Shown: positions 22,601-34,600 of the stretch, piece after piece
How the letters are laid out: every line of letters starts with the position of its first letter
Position numbering within the stretch: position 1 is the first letter of the stretch
NCBI GenBank assembly: GCA_039621445.1
Contig: CP154954.1
Location: 6,769,425 to 6,833,424, forward strand
Direction: 5' to 3'
DNA length: 64,000 nucleotides
Source of the DNA: Euglena gracilis
Lineage: Eukaryota
Notes under the pieces: generated by a model
The model's database searches: none
Seen by the model: the letters and a program-made list of their open reading frames with translations, nothing else
What the model was told of the DNA's origin: nothing
Translations under genes and position numbers: made by a program

Positions 22601-25600
22601 CCATGTCCAACGACCCCCCCCCCCCGGTCAGAGGACAGAGGTTACCGGTCATTGGACATAGGGGGGGGGGTAAGGGAACCTCCCTAGGCTGTGGAGAAAG
22701 TAGTGATAAATCACAGTTTTCAAACGAGGTTTTCCGTAAAGCCAGCTTTCCCTTCCTTAAAGGCGTTCCAGGGACGGGCTTGAACCCGGGGACTTGTTCA
22801 GTGATAGCCTTGCTTGGGGGGGGGGCGTGGTTTGCCTCGTGCCGTGCAATATGCAATGCATTCTTTTTTTGGGTGTTAACATGAAAATGATGCATTTTCA
22901 CCCGGCATAGTTCGTATCACCCAATCTTTTGCGTGGTATGTGTGTCTCCACAAGTGCCATGTGTATCACAACAATATTTATCACATGTGTTATCGCCCAA
23001 ATTATTTTCGTGTAATTTAGCATCTGTGCCACCAAAGCAAAATTATTGTATTTGGTTCGTTCTCTTTTGCATTCGCGGCCGCGTCCCCAGCCCAGCCCCA
23101 CTCACCCTCCGCCGGCGGTCCGAGTCGATGCTGGAGATGTCCCCCCGCCAGGGCTCGCTCCGCGCCCAGAGCGACCAGCAGCGGATGCACCAGGCCCAGG
23201 CCGCTGCCCGGCGGTGGGCTCTTGCCTGAGGCTGTTGGCCCAGGGCCAGGCTTCTTTTTAAGTCAGAAGACCCCGGGGGGGGGGGGGGGGGGGGGGGGGG
23301 GTCCGGGGCCGGACAGCCAGGAGGGGGTCCCGGGCCGGAGGCCTGGGAATGGGTCTGTCGCGGAGCGCGGAAAATTTTTCGGAAATGCCCTCAGACGGCT
23401 CGATGTTTTGCGGTCCCCCCCGGGGGGTCCTGCGCCGGGCTGGGTGGTTGGGGGATCCCCCCTCCCCCCCGGGGTCTTAAAAGGATGCCTGCCCAGGGGG
23501 ACCAGGGGAGATGGGTTCCAGCCAGGGGTTTTCTTAAGCTGGAGGGGACACTGCACCCAGCTAGCACCCTTTTTCAAGCCAGTCCCAGCTGAGCTGCACT
23601 CCTCCCCCTTCCAGGGGGTCTGCTGAAATAAAGGTGAGGCCAGCTGGCACGAAATTCATTTCCCTGGCGAACTCCGCATTTTTTCCCACCCCCCCCTCCC
23701 CCGGGAAACGGTCCTGCCTTGGAAACTGTCCTCTAATCCCGCACCCGCTTATCTCCCCTCATCTGTCCTCATCTGTCCTCATCTGTCCTCAACTGTCCTC
23801 ATAGAAATGTCTCCTAGCCTTGTACCTGCTGACCTGTCAACTAGTAAATTTTTGCAAATGTTCACACGTTTTAGTGTAAAAGGCAAACATTTTCCAAGTT
23901 GAAAAATTTGCCAACTTTGTTTTCAAGTGATTACAAATTTGTGGGAAAACCCCGCATTTTGGATTTTTGTGTAAAAAGTTGTCAATTTTTTCTGCACTGT
24001 GCGGGACCCGCCCGGGAAACTGTCTCCTGTCTTCGTACCCGCTGACCTGTCTTTATGGGGACCTGTCTCCTACCTCTGTGCCTGCTGACTTGTCTAGAGA
24101 CAGTTTCCCAGGAGGGGTAGGTACCCGCGCCCCCCTGGGCAATTGACGCCCCCGGGCAATTGACGCCCCCGGGCAATTGCCGCCCCCGGGCAATTTTCAC
24201 CCCTAGCTGTGCTGGCCAATTTGTCACCCCGGGAAATTGTCACCCCCCTCCGTGCTGGCCAATCTGCCACCCCCCGTTTGCAGTATTGCACTGTGAACTT
24301 TCTTTTCGCCGACATGACTCGATCGATCTTCTATTTCGCTACAACGTGCTGAGAACATACCATACCAAACGCTCTGCACTTAATCACGACCATGGCTGCA
24401 TTTTTCTTGCATTCACTTGTGTTTAAGATGGTGTTCTTGGTCATTTGGTCCAAATGTGGCTTACATGGGTGGGCAATTGACGCCCCCAGGCAATTGTCAC
24501 CCCCCTCTGTGTCGGCCAAATTGTCACCCCGGGAAATTGTCACCCCTCCGTGCTGCCCAATTTGGCACGCGACAATTGCCCAGGGGGGGCGAGTATGATG
24601 AGAAACAATTTGGAAGAGGCTTGTGCCCCTCTCCATGCCCAATGGAAAAAAAATGCCCAATGAACAGAACCCAAATTTGACATATTTACCAATTGCCATT
24701 TACACAGTTACCATACACCTGTCATACAATATTAGCGAACCCCCATGTCCAATGATCGTCCCCGTCCACACCATCTGGGTTGTCACCTTCAGTGCCTCAC
24801 CCCACCTTACCCCACCACACGACACCCACCGGGGGGTCATGCATGGGCGGGCTTTCAAAACACAGTGGGTGAGTGTTTTTTGGGGTTTGGGGCCCGGCGA
24901 AGTGCCCGCCCCCTCCGGATGACCTGTGGTCAGAATTGCAATGCGGAGAGCCTTCCCCACAGGCCTCTCCCGCGGCAGCCGTCTGCCTGGGAGGGCATCT
25001 TCTGGGCGGTCAAGGAGGGGCTGCGGGACCGGGTGCGCCAGTTGGTGGCCGAGGACCCCGCCGTGCTGACCCAGCCCGTCCAGGCACTGCTGGCTGGTGG
25101 GGAGGGGTCCGGTGCCTGTTTGGGTCGCTTTTCTTTGGAACCTTGTGGCTGGCCGAGTGTTTTATGCATTGTGTGGCATATTTTTTTGAAGAATATTGGC
25201 GGGAGAAAGGCAGGTGCAGATATCTGTGTCTCCCGTCTGGTGGTGTTGACTGACACTAGACTGTCGGTTTGGCCGGCGCTGTATCTGTGGATGCCAGGAA
25301 TATCGCCGTTTTTAAGACTGCGGATTTCATAATGTTTCTGTATTGACTTCCATGTCAAAATAGTGCAAATGGGAACTCCTCTTGCGGAATTTAGGGCAAC
25401 TGGGCTGGGACGTTCTTGCCAGAACCGCATGCAGGCTGACGCAGTGGGGGCCAGCCCGATCCACGTCGCGTTCCTGTACTGGCAGACAGAGATTGGCAAA
25501 GCCCTCGTGGAGGAGTTTCCGAAGCTGGCACCCAGGAAGACCCGCCACAGTGCAACGAGAAGAAACTAAACACGCCCCTTGCCATTTCAAGCATTGGCTT

Positions 25601-28600
25601 CCCATATCCAACCAAGGTGGCTCCATTATTTAAAGAGAATTGTTTGTTTTTGGGTGAAGCCACAGGATTATGAGACAACTGCATGGGGGAGATGACGTTT
25701 TTTTTTTTGAGTTGATCCCCTGCTTTTAAATGGAAAGTGTGATGCCATCTTCACTGCATCATCAATGTCAATGCTTTGTATATCTTGAAAAAAAAAATAC
25801 TCCTGACAAACCGCTCGTCAAATGCAGGTTTGTGTTGCTTTACAAGGGATGCATACCTTTCCTCCAATTAAAAAGAAACCTGCCTCATCACATACATTCA
25901 AAGCTATTTTCCACAGCTCAGTAACGTTATTATTAACGGGTGTTCAAAAAAGGGTTGTGCAGTACCTGCCACAAATGTGAGAACAATACGTGCCAGTAAA
26001 CCCAACCGTTCAATGAGACCCCCCCCCAAGGTTTCCCTGCTCCCGACGTCGGTGTATGGGGAGGGGGAGTACAGCGGGGAGAGTGTCCTGCACATCGCCA
26101 TCATCCACCAGGACGTGGAGCTGGTGCAGTGGCTGCTGGACCGACACCCGGAGCTGCTCAACGCGGAGACCACCGGCTCGTTCTTCGCCCCAAGCGGGGA
26201 CGTGTACTTTGGGGACCCAGGGAGTGTCTGGGGTGTTTGTTTTCTGACGAAAACAGAGCAGGGTCCAAAAAATTTATTTATTCCACGTGACTTTAAATTT
26301 TTCAGGAAAGTCCATGCGACGTCCCAGAAGTTGTCAATGGAGCACAATTACGAAACCCTATGGGTGGTGGGTGGGGGATCGACCCCCATCCACCTCCGGC
26401 GTGGGGGCTTCAACTCCCCCCCCAAACCTGGCCATCCAGTGCTTCCGGTGGCGCAGAATTTTTCCTCCGGTGTCAGAATCTTGTCTTGCGAATTACCATT
26501 GTTGGTGGGGTCGACCCTCTCGTAGCAAGCTTTCCCAGCTTCCCCGCCCATGAATTTTTTAGCCGGAGTTCGCCATGCCCTGCGAGCCGGCTTCCGCTGC
26601 TGTTCGCAGTGTCCAGCAATCAGGTCGACATCTTGCGGTGCATCCTTGCCACCCGCATCGCGGATGATCCACGCGATGACCTGAAGAACCAAAACAGAGA
26701 AACCAAAATGGACCATTTCCCCCAGGCACGATGTCACAGGTTCTGTGGGCTCTGGATTGGGGCGTTCTTTCAAAATAATAAGAATTGGAACAAAATTGTT
26801 TTGAATGTTTTTTTTTTTGGAACCTTGGGTACCTTTTCCTCCAGAATCATTTTCTCCGAAGCCCAAATGCTTCAGGTTTTCCTCCAGGAAGGAACCGGAA
26901 CCTCTTCGCGGTGCCGGAATCCCATTTTTCCATTTCTTGCCAAAGTGGTCCCCCCTTTGCATTGACAAGGGCCCGACATCCCCAAGAACTTTTCCAACCG
27001 AAGCACCTCCCTCCCTCCCCCCTCCAGAGAATCATGTTGTCCCCTGCCCGGCCGGGATGTCTGGCCTTTCATTGCTGCCCCCCCCCCCAACCATTCCAGT
27101 CTTATGTCCCTCTGATGCCGATCACTGTGGCGGACCGCTTTGGCAACTCAGCCCTCCACATGGCGGTCATCCAAAGCCAGGGGCTTCCTCCCCCGGGCAC
27201 CACGTCGGGGTGGTTGGCGGTGTCCTCTTTTTCCTGGTTCTTTTCATTCCGGGGGTGTGATGCCCTGAAAGTTTTTTGACTTTTTTTGACGGGTCTCCCC
27301 CCTCAGATACCCCGGAAAAAGCTTGCTAAAAATACCATTGGCAGTCTGGTTTTCCTCCAACTACAGCATTATTAATAATGTATTCTGTGGCTCCGGTTAT
27401 TGCAAGCGCTGGCAGAGTTATTGGAAGTTATTGGGCGCGTTATTCTGGTGTCTGTTGTGCAAGGGTGTCGGAGGTAGGCCCTGCGGCCGACCTGCCGGAC
27501 ATGTATGCCCAACTGTCTCTGGTGGCCGTGCCCCACGCTGTGGAACATCGTGTTGCACTCCTGTGCAGATGCTGCGTATTTTTGGGCCTGGAGGGATGTT
27601 TATCAAGGAGGAATCCCCTTACAAGGGGACTGTCCTCTATTTTTGGTGGCAAGCACCCAAAAAAAGACCCCCAAAGTGGGTCCCACAAGCCCTCCCCCCC
27701 TTGGTGGGCCAGGGGTGTGTTTTAGGTAGGTAACGTCCCAAATATAACCCCCAGGGTATTTTTTTTGCCTGATGTCCAGGGTGGGTATATTTGGGGGGGG
27801 TTCCAGCTTAGATCTTGAAGCCGGACTCCAGGGGGGTTGCATTGCAGGTGCGTCTTAAAATAAAACATCTCTTTGCGGGTAATATGTGTGGCCTTGTGGC
27901 GGTTGGCGGTGTGTTGTTCGTGCACTGCTGTGCTGTACGATCCTTCGTTTGTTGAGTTCTTTTTGTTTGTGTCCCGTGCGGAGGCAGTTGCCCCCCGACC
28001 TGGTGGTGGAGGAGATGCTCCGCGACGGCTTGTCGGCGGCGGAAGTCCGGCGGCTGCTCAACGCGGAGGGGCTGACCCCCCTCGCCCTCGCTGCCGCCAT
28101 GGGGCAGGACCGCATGTTCCGCCCGGCCGGCAGAGGTTTACTCCTGCCGCCTGTCTCCTCCCACCCTGAACGTCATTTTTTCCCTCCAGCGCTTCGTGCC
28201 AGAAAGCCTTTTCCGGCATTTCCGAACTTTGCCCCGTATTTAATTTTTATTTTATAATTTCATATTATTTTATTTATATAATTATAATATATTATATAAA
28301 TATACGTATTATTGTATGTACATATATATGTATATATATGTGTATACGTGTATATATATACACATATACAAATATATGTATATGTATATATTGTATATAC
28401 ATATATTATATATTATTATATTTTATAATTTTAATTTTTTTTGCATTCTTTTTGTCTGTTAGTTTATCAAAGTGGGTCATCTTGACCATTACAATGTTGA
28501 GGGGGGAAGGGCTTAGACGGCCAACCTCGCATTTAAGTTTTTTTTTGGTGTGCGCAAATGCCCGCATGTTGGGGGTTTTGACTGTTGCGCCAGTGTGACA

Positions 28601-31600
28601 AGAGCGATGGGCGAAATGTGGCTGAAATGCACTTTTTGGCCCTGGCAGCGGGGATGTGTCCCGCGAAATTGTGTTGCATTGCGACCAGAGAGGTGATCAC
28701 ACAACTGGGGAACGATTCATTACACCCATGGTTTGGACAAAAAAGGTCGATGTGCGCATTTTCGCACATCAGCTACTCCAGGGTTCCCCCGAACAACGGC
28801 CAATGAATACCCCAGAATTCACACTGCTGAAAATGGTGTGCCGAATGGAACCTTCGTGTTACACAAATTTATGAAGTGGGTGTGAGTTTGCGTATTTGCG
28901 CACATCGACCACCTATGTAATTGTGTCAATGGTTGGTCTGCGCATTCGCACAAATCGACATGTGTTTCATCTGGAATGTTTATATCGTGGTCAGTGTGCG
29001 CAAATGCGCATGTCGTCGTGGTGTGCGCATTTTGCACTCCGACGACGTGCATCTTTACGCACGTGTTTGGTGTGTGCAAGTGTGCACACCGACCACGTGC
29101 AAATTTGCGCAAATCGGCTTTTTATTCCAATGTGTTATTTGACACAAGTTTTTTTTTCAATTTATGTCTGTTTTCAGATTGAGACTACCCCCCCCCCCCT
29201 ATGTCCAACGACCCCCCTATGTCCAATGACCACCCCCCCGGTCAGAGGACACCTTTTCGGAGGTTTGACCAAATTTTTGGTCCCGGCGTGAAGCGCCGGG
29301 ACGAAAAATTTTGCCCAAAAATTGGCCAAAAATTTGGCCAAGATGCCATTTTTGACACTTTTTGGACAAAAATTTGTCAAAATTGCCCAAAATTTTCGGC
29401 GTAAAGCGCCGGAAGGAAAATTTGGGCATTTTGGGTGGGTAGGGACCCGGGTACCCACCAACTTTCTTTTGACCCCATGTCCAACGACCACCCCCCCGGT
29501 CAGAGGACACCTTTTTGGTCACTACCCTATGTCCAACGACCACCCCCCCGGTCAGAGGACAGATGTTACCGGTCATTGGACATAGGGGGGGGGGTACGTC
29601 GTTGGAAGCCCTCCCAGTTATTGTTGTTTAAAAGGCTCAGGCGAGCGAGGTCTGTTCATATGCTGTGATACTTGATCGCATTCCTTTGCACAAATGTGTA
29701 CATGAGGTAGGTTTGTGTGCAAATGCGAACACATTGATGGTTTGCGCATTTTCGCATTTGCGCAAACCGACCTCATCTTCTGTCCCCGATAAACCCTGGT
29801 CATGAAAAGAGACAGTGTTCTGGGAAGTTCTGTCATGCCATAATGATTGAACTCCAATTCCATCGTCCAAGGTGGTGGCATCACTCGGCATCAAACCGGG
29901 ATGCAACACCCAGCAAGTACAGGTAGCACGTACACGCCAATACCCATATGCGCAACAGCATAATTACTTAGAAACCTTCGTGTTTCCTAACTCGCATCGC
30001 CAGGTGTGCAAGTAACAAAATTTTGTGTTCTCTGGTGCAATCGGGTTCAGGGGTTTTTGTGACAAAAAAAATTGCGCATTTGTCCGCATCAACAAAGAAA
30101 ATAGCTTAAGCGCGAGTTTGGCCGCCTAAGAGGGGGTGGTCACCCCCTTCTTTCTCCCTCCTTGACCACTGGTGGGGGGGGACCATCCAGTCCTCACCCC
30201 ATCCCGTGTTATTGTTGCGTCGCTGTCGCTCCTCACCCACTCACTCTGATAGCTTTACGGCTATCGTGGGGGCTCTGCAGTAACATTCCACGTTGCCCAC
30301 AAACCGGCACTTTAAATGCTTCCCTGGCTGAGCGTCGTAATTTGCCTCCACCGGCCGTCTTCAGCACATCCTTGCAAAGTCCTCCGTTATTGCATGGGAC
30401 TACGGTCCTGCACAGGCGCTGCTGGACCCAAGTTAGACCTCCCCAATCGATTTTAAGAGCTCATATTTCCCTCCTTCCAGTGGCCATTTTCTTCGTTTCC
30501 GTTTCCATTTATATTTTCATTTTTTTTGGGGTTTATTTAGCTTCCAAAATATGAATGTGCTTCCCCAGAATTGCTTTTTTTACAGGTTCTTTGTGTTGTT
30601 AAAGCGCTTTCATCACTTGTTGTGAAAACAGTTGTATTCTTTGTACACCTACAATTGGGGTATTTTCGAACCTGGATTGCTGTTTGGGAACCCAGCAAAT
30701 CGAAGGAAGTGTTGTCTGAAGAGTCCAAACACGCTCTCATCTTTTGACTCCTTTTTTTAAGCTTCAAAATGGCCACCACCTTTGAATTGCCGGTAAGTCC
30801 ACCTGTTCTACGTTATTATTATTGTATGTTTATTATTTTGTGTATTTCTATGCATACGTTGTATGATATTTATTATTTATTTTATTTTTTTTCCTTCGAA
30901 TTTGTAGTTGTCCAAATTCCTTCTTGTTTTACAGGATGAATGTTTGCCGAATCTGGCATATGGCCGAAGAATTGAGGTTTGGCACACGTCAGGGTGCCTC
31001 CCCCAACCCACGCCTGGCCCCATCACCTGCAAGCTGTTCCCCCTCGGCGGCCTGGAACAGCCGTTCCTCCACCCGGAGTCGCAGGACCCCATCCGCACCG
31101 CGATCGGCTGCCTGTGTGCCGGGGCCCAAAGCCCTGTCCAGGCGGGGTATGCCCCGGGGGCTGGGGTGTGGTGTGGTGTGGCTGCCGCTGTTCTAATTCA
31201 GCGAACCTCCCCGCCCCCGCCTGCCCCGTCACGCAGTGCCTCAAAATGGTGGACAGCCGCATCCCCCGCCCCGTGCAGCAAGCGCCGTGGCCCTGGCTGG
31301 GATCCTGCCGCCATCTTCCGGAAAGCAGATTGATGGGAATGCCGATCAGGATAGTTGCAGGCGGTCGGGGAAGGGGTGTTCTGGCAGATGACTGGAGGGT
31401 ACCAAAGGATTCCCATGGTGCCTGCCTCGGGTTTTTCTCCACTGGTATTTTCGGCGGTTCAAGGCCATGCCAGCCAACCCCCCCCCAAAGTGAATGAAAT
31501 GTTATCCAGCAATTTGTTCGAGATGGTGGGAGAGGTGCGACGCGGCATTTTATCTGAATATAAAAAAATATTCCTGATCCCAACCAGGCTTGTGACGACT

Positions 31601-34600
31601 GAGAGGGGAAGAAGCTTGTGGCTGGCTAAAAACGGCCAACAATGGATGAATTCGGGCAAATGTGAACTAAAGTGGCCAAAAGTGGCCAAGAGCGGGCGAA
31701 AGTGGGCAAAAGTGGGCAAAAGTGGGCAAATGGTCAAAAGTGAACAAAATTGGACAAAAGTGTAGGGAGTGGATGCAGGTGAGGTTGTGGACGGAGTGGA
31801 TGCAGTTTTTCAGGGAATGCAGGTATTGAAGGTACACCACTAAAGGACTTCAAAGGCGATGCTGTGCGATGCTGAAAGATGCCGGGCGATGCTGGGCCCA
31901 AGGGCATGGTAGACCTAAGCTGCTCGATCGCCAGGAACCTGCCGACAGTACAGTATGTGCCTGGCCCGCTGCACGCCCACCCTCCTGGTGTCTCTCATGC
32001 AGTCCGATTGCGTCGGAGATGCCTAATTTTCAACGCCCAGTCAAACCACGATGAGGGCCACCCGGGCCACGCGCCGCGGCTGGACCTCATCGTCAGCGCG
32101 GAGGTGCGGCAGGTGCTGGACAAGAAGTGGGACGCGTTCGGGCAGCGGATGTTCTACCGGAAGCTGGCGGTGGCCCTCGGCACCGTGCTGGCCTGGACCG
32201 CCACAAACATTGTGCCCGCCCAAGAATAGCCCACAATTCTTCGTTCGCTCACTCAGGGTTCGCTCACTCAGGGGCTTTAGGCGTGCCATTCCTGACGTTT
32301 GTCAGTTTAACTTGAGTGTTCTGTTTATTTTTTCATTGTGTCAGTGTTGTTGTTTTTTATGTAACAAACAGACATCTAACCCCCGATTACGTCTTACATT
32401 TTTGCACGAGGGTGGCATTGGTTGTTATCTCAAATATGTATCCTGGAGGATGGGACATTTTCACCATCGTCGTTCGTCCCATTCATGAAGTCGCCCACCA
32501 AGAGGGCTGCTCTGTCCCCCAACCATTACGGCTGTGTGGGCTACTGGGAGGCGGAGCACCCAGTCCAGGCCATTCCTTAACGATTTGAAGTACCCCCTGG
32601 GGGGTGGCTCGATTGCAGCTGGTTCAAATTCGGCTGAAATCCCAGTGGACCCCTCCCCCCCAGGGCGGGGATCCGCTGGGCCAGCTGCTGGAATTTTTTT
32701 TCTGGACCCCAAAACTTGCCAGAAATGCCCATTTTTTTGGGTTTTTTTTTGAACAAGATCACCCAGAAAAAATAAACTGAAAACCATTTCCACCTCGGCG
32801 CGCAACACCAGAAGAAATTTTTTTTTCAGTAGGGGGAACCCCCCGCCGGTGTGGTCTACCTGCTTTTTCCGGTGTCCAGCAAAATGGCTAGCAGACCCCG
32901 GGGGGGGGGGGGCTGCTTTAGCAATGGCCTGACCCGATCGCCCACGCCGCCATCCAGGCGCTGGAGGTGGCGGTGCTGCTGTCCACCGGCTTGCGCGGCA
33001 TCGGGACAATGTGGAACGCCTGCCTGCCTTCGAACCGCAGCGTTGGCCAGGAATGGGATGGGATGGTGGCATGCGGGGGTGCCCCGGCCCTTGGCCAACA
33101 ACTTGTCCACCGACCATCCCCCCAGTCAAATGCGATCTTTTTTGAATCTTTGATTTGGGTGAATTTTTGCTTTTTTTGGGATTGCATTTTTTTTTCTAAA
33201 GTAGTTGTTTTCGTTAATTGTTCTGGATGACCACCAAACAGGTTGAAAATGCCAAAACTGGCATAAAAAAGGCCAACAGTCCCCAAAATTGCCAAGGGTG
33301 TGTCCAAAAGCCACAAACAGTTGGCTTCAAATAGCCAAAAATGTTCATATAAACCCATACATGGCCATTTTTTCCACCTGAACTGCCCCCTGCCCCCCCC
33401 CCCCCCCCCTCTTTCCACCCTTTGGTCAGAGACAAATATTAGTGGTCATTGGGCGACGGGGGGGGGGGGGTTGATAAGCAGCTCCAGACTGATTTGTATA
33501 TGCTCAATTTGACCGACATTCTTTCCAGTCTTCGGGTGGGATGTCCTGCAAATGCACTCGACAATTATTCACAAAACCCTTCAATTTTTTTTGGATCTTC
33601 CCCTGCATTTTTTTCTGTTACTATCTCCATTGTCATCAGGTGTGTCCTCTGTGCTGTGTCCATTTAAGGTTAGGTCAAGGTTAGGATTAGGGTTATGGTC
33701 AGGGTTACCTCAATCTTTTGATGGTTTCTTCTGCGGTGCTTGCGACTGAAAACCCAGCCGCCCCAACCCCTTCCTGCGCTCGAGATTCACGGCGCTGCTT
33801 TGTTCGAGGTGACCCTTGGCAATGTGTTCTGTGGGCTCTACCTCATGTCGCTCGTCTTCCACCCAGGGCAACGTGCTGGGATTTTCCCCCATTCCCGACT
33901 TATTTGAATATTTTCTTTTTGGAGAGTTTTGTGTACTTTTGTGTAGTTTTGTTTGTTTGTTGGTGTATTTTTGTGTAGTTTTGTGCTCAGGCTGACATAC
34001 CCGTTCGCTTGGGAAGATGCTTATCCCAAGAAATGTTCATGCCAGAAGGACTGTCAGGCCCAGCCATGTGCTCATTCAAACCTTGTGTGACCCTCCCGGG
34101 AAGAATTGGTGGGGGTCTTTCTGACAGTCTTTTTGCCGGCTGGGTTTGGCCCGGTGTGCCCCTGGTGGGGTTGAGGTGCGTTTGGCCCATCCGGTGGCCA
34201 ATTTAATCAAAACTATTTTTCAACGGCTTTTGGGATTTTCTTGGTTCTTAGACTGAGCCCCCTGTTCCAGGGGGCTTTTATTGAACCTGCAGCTTCCCTA
34301 GAACACAACTCAAAGGGTAAAGAAACGTTTGTATTTCCCCGGTCCCAGGCACCGCAGGTATTGTCTGGGTTTCTGACCCGTCAGGTCACAAGCAGTCATG
34401 CCTCCCTCCAACCCCACCCCCCCCCTTCTCTCAGAGGTTTCCCTGTCCTCTGACTCTCCGAACTGCCGGGGTTGGTCGATGTCACCGCTGCCTTTGGTGC
34501 CCTCACTGGGTGGCTCCACGTGTTCTTCTTCTTACACAGGGCAGCCCCATCCAACTGTTGTCTGCACCTCTCCCTTGGGTTTGTTTTCACACTGCAGGGA

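Noticed and set aside
25078-32936. Conventional GT-AG models for introns starting GTCCAG (25078, 31136, 32563)
   Set aside because: No AG or pyrimidine tract at the frame-preserving 3' ends; the terminal stems fit the nonconventional pattern.
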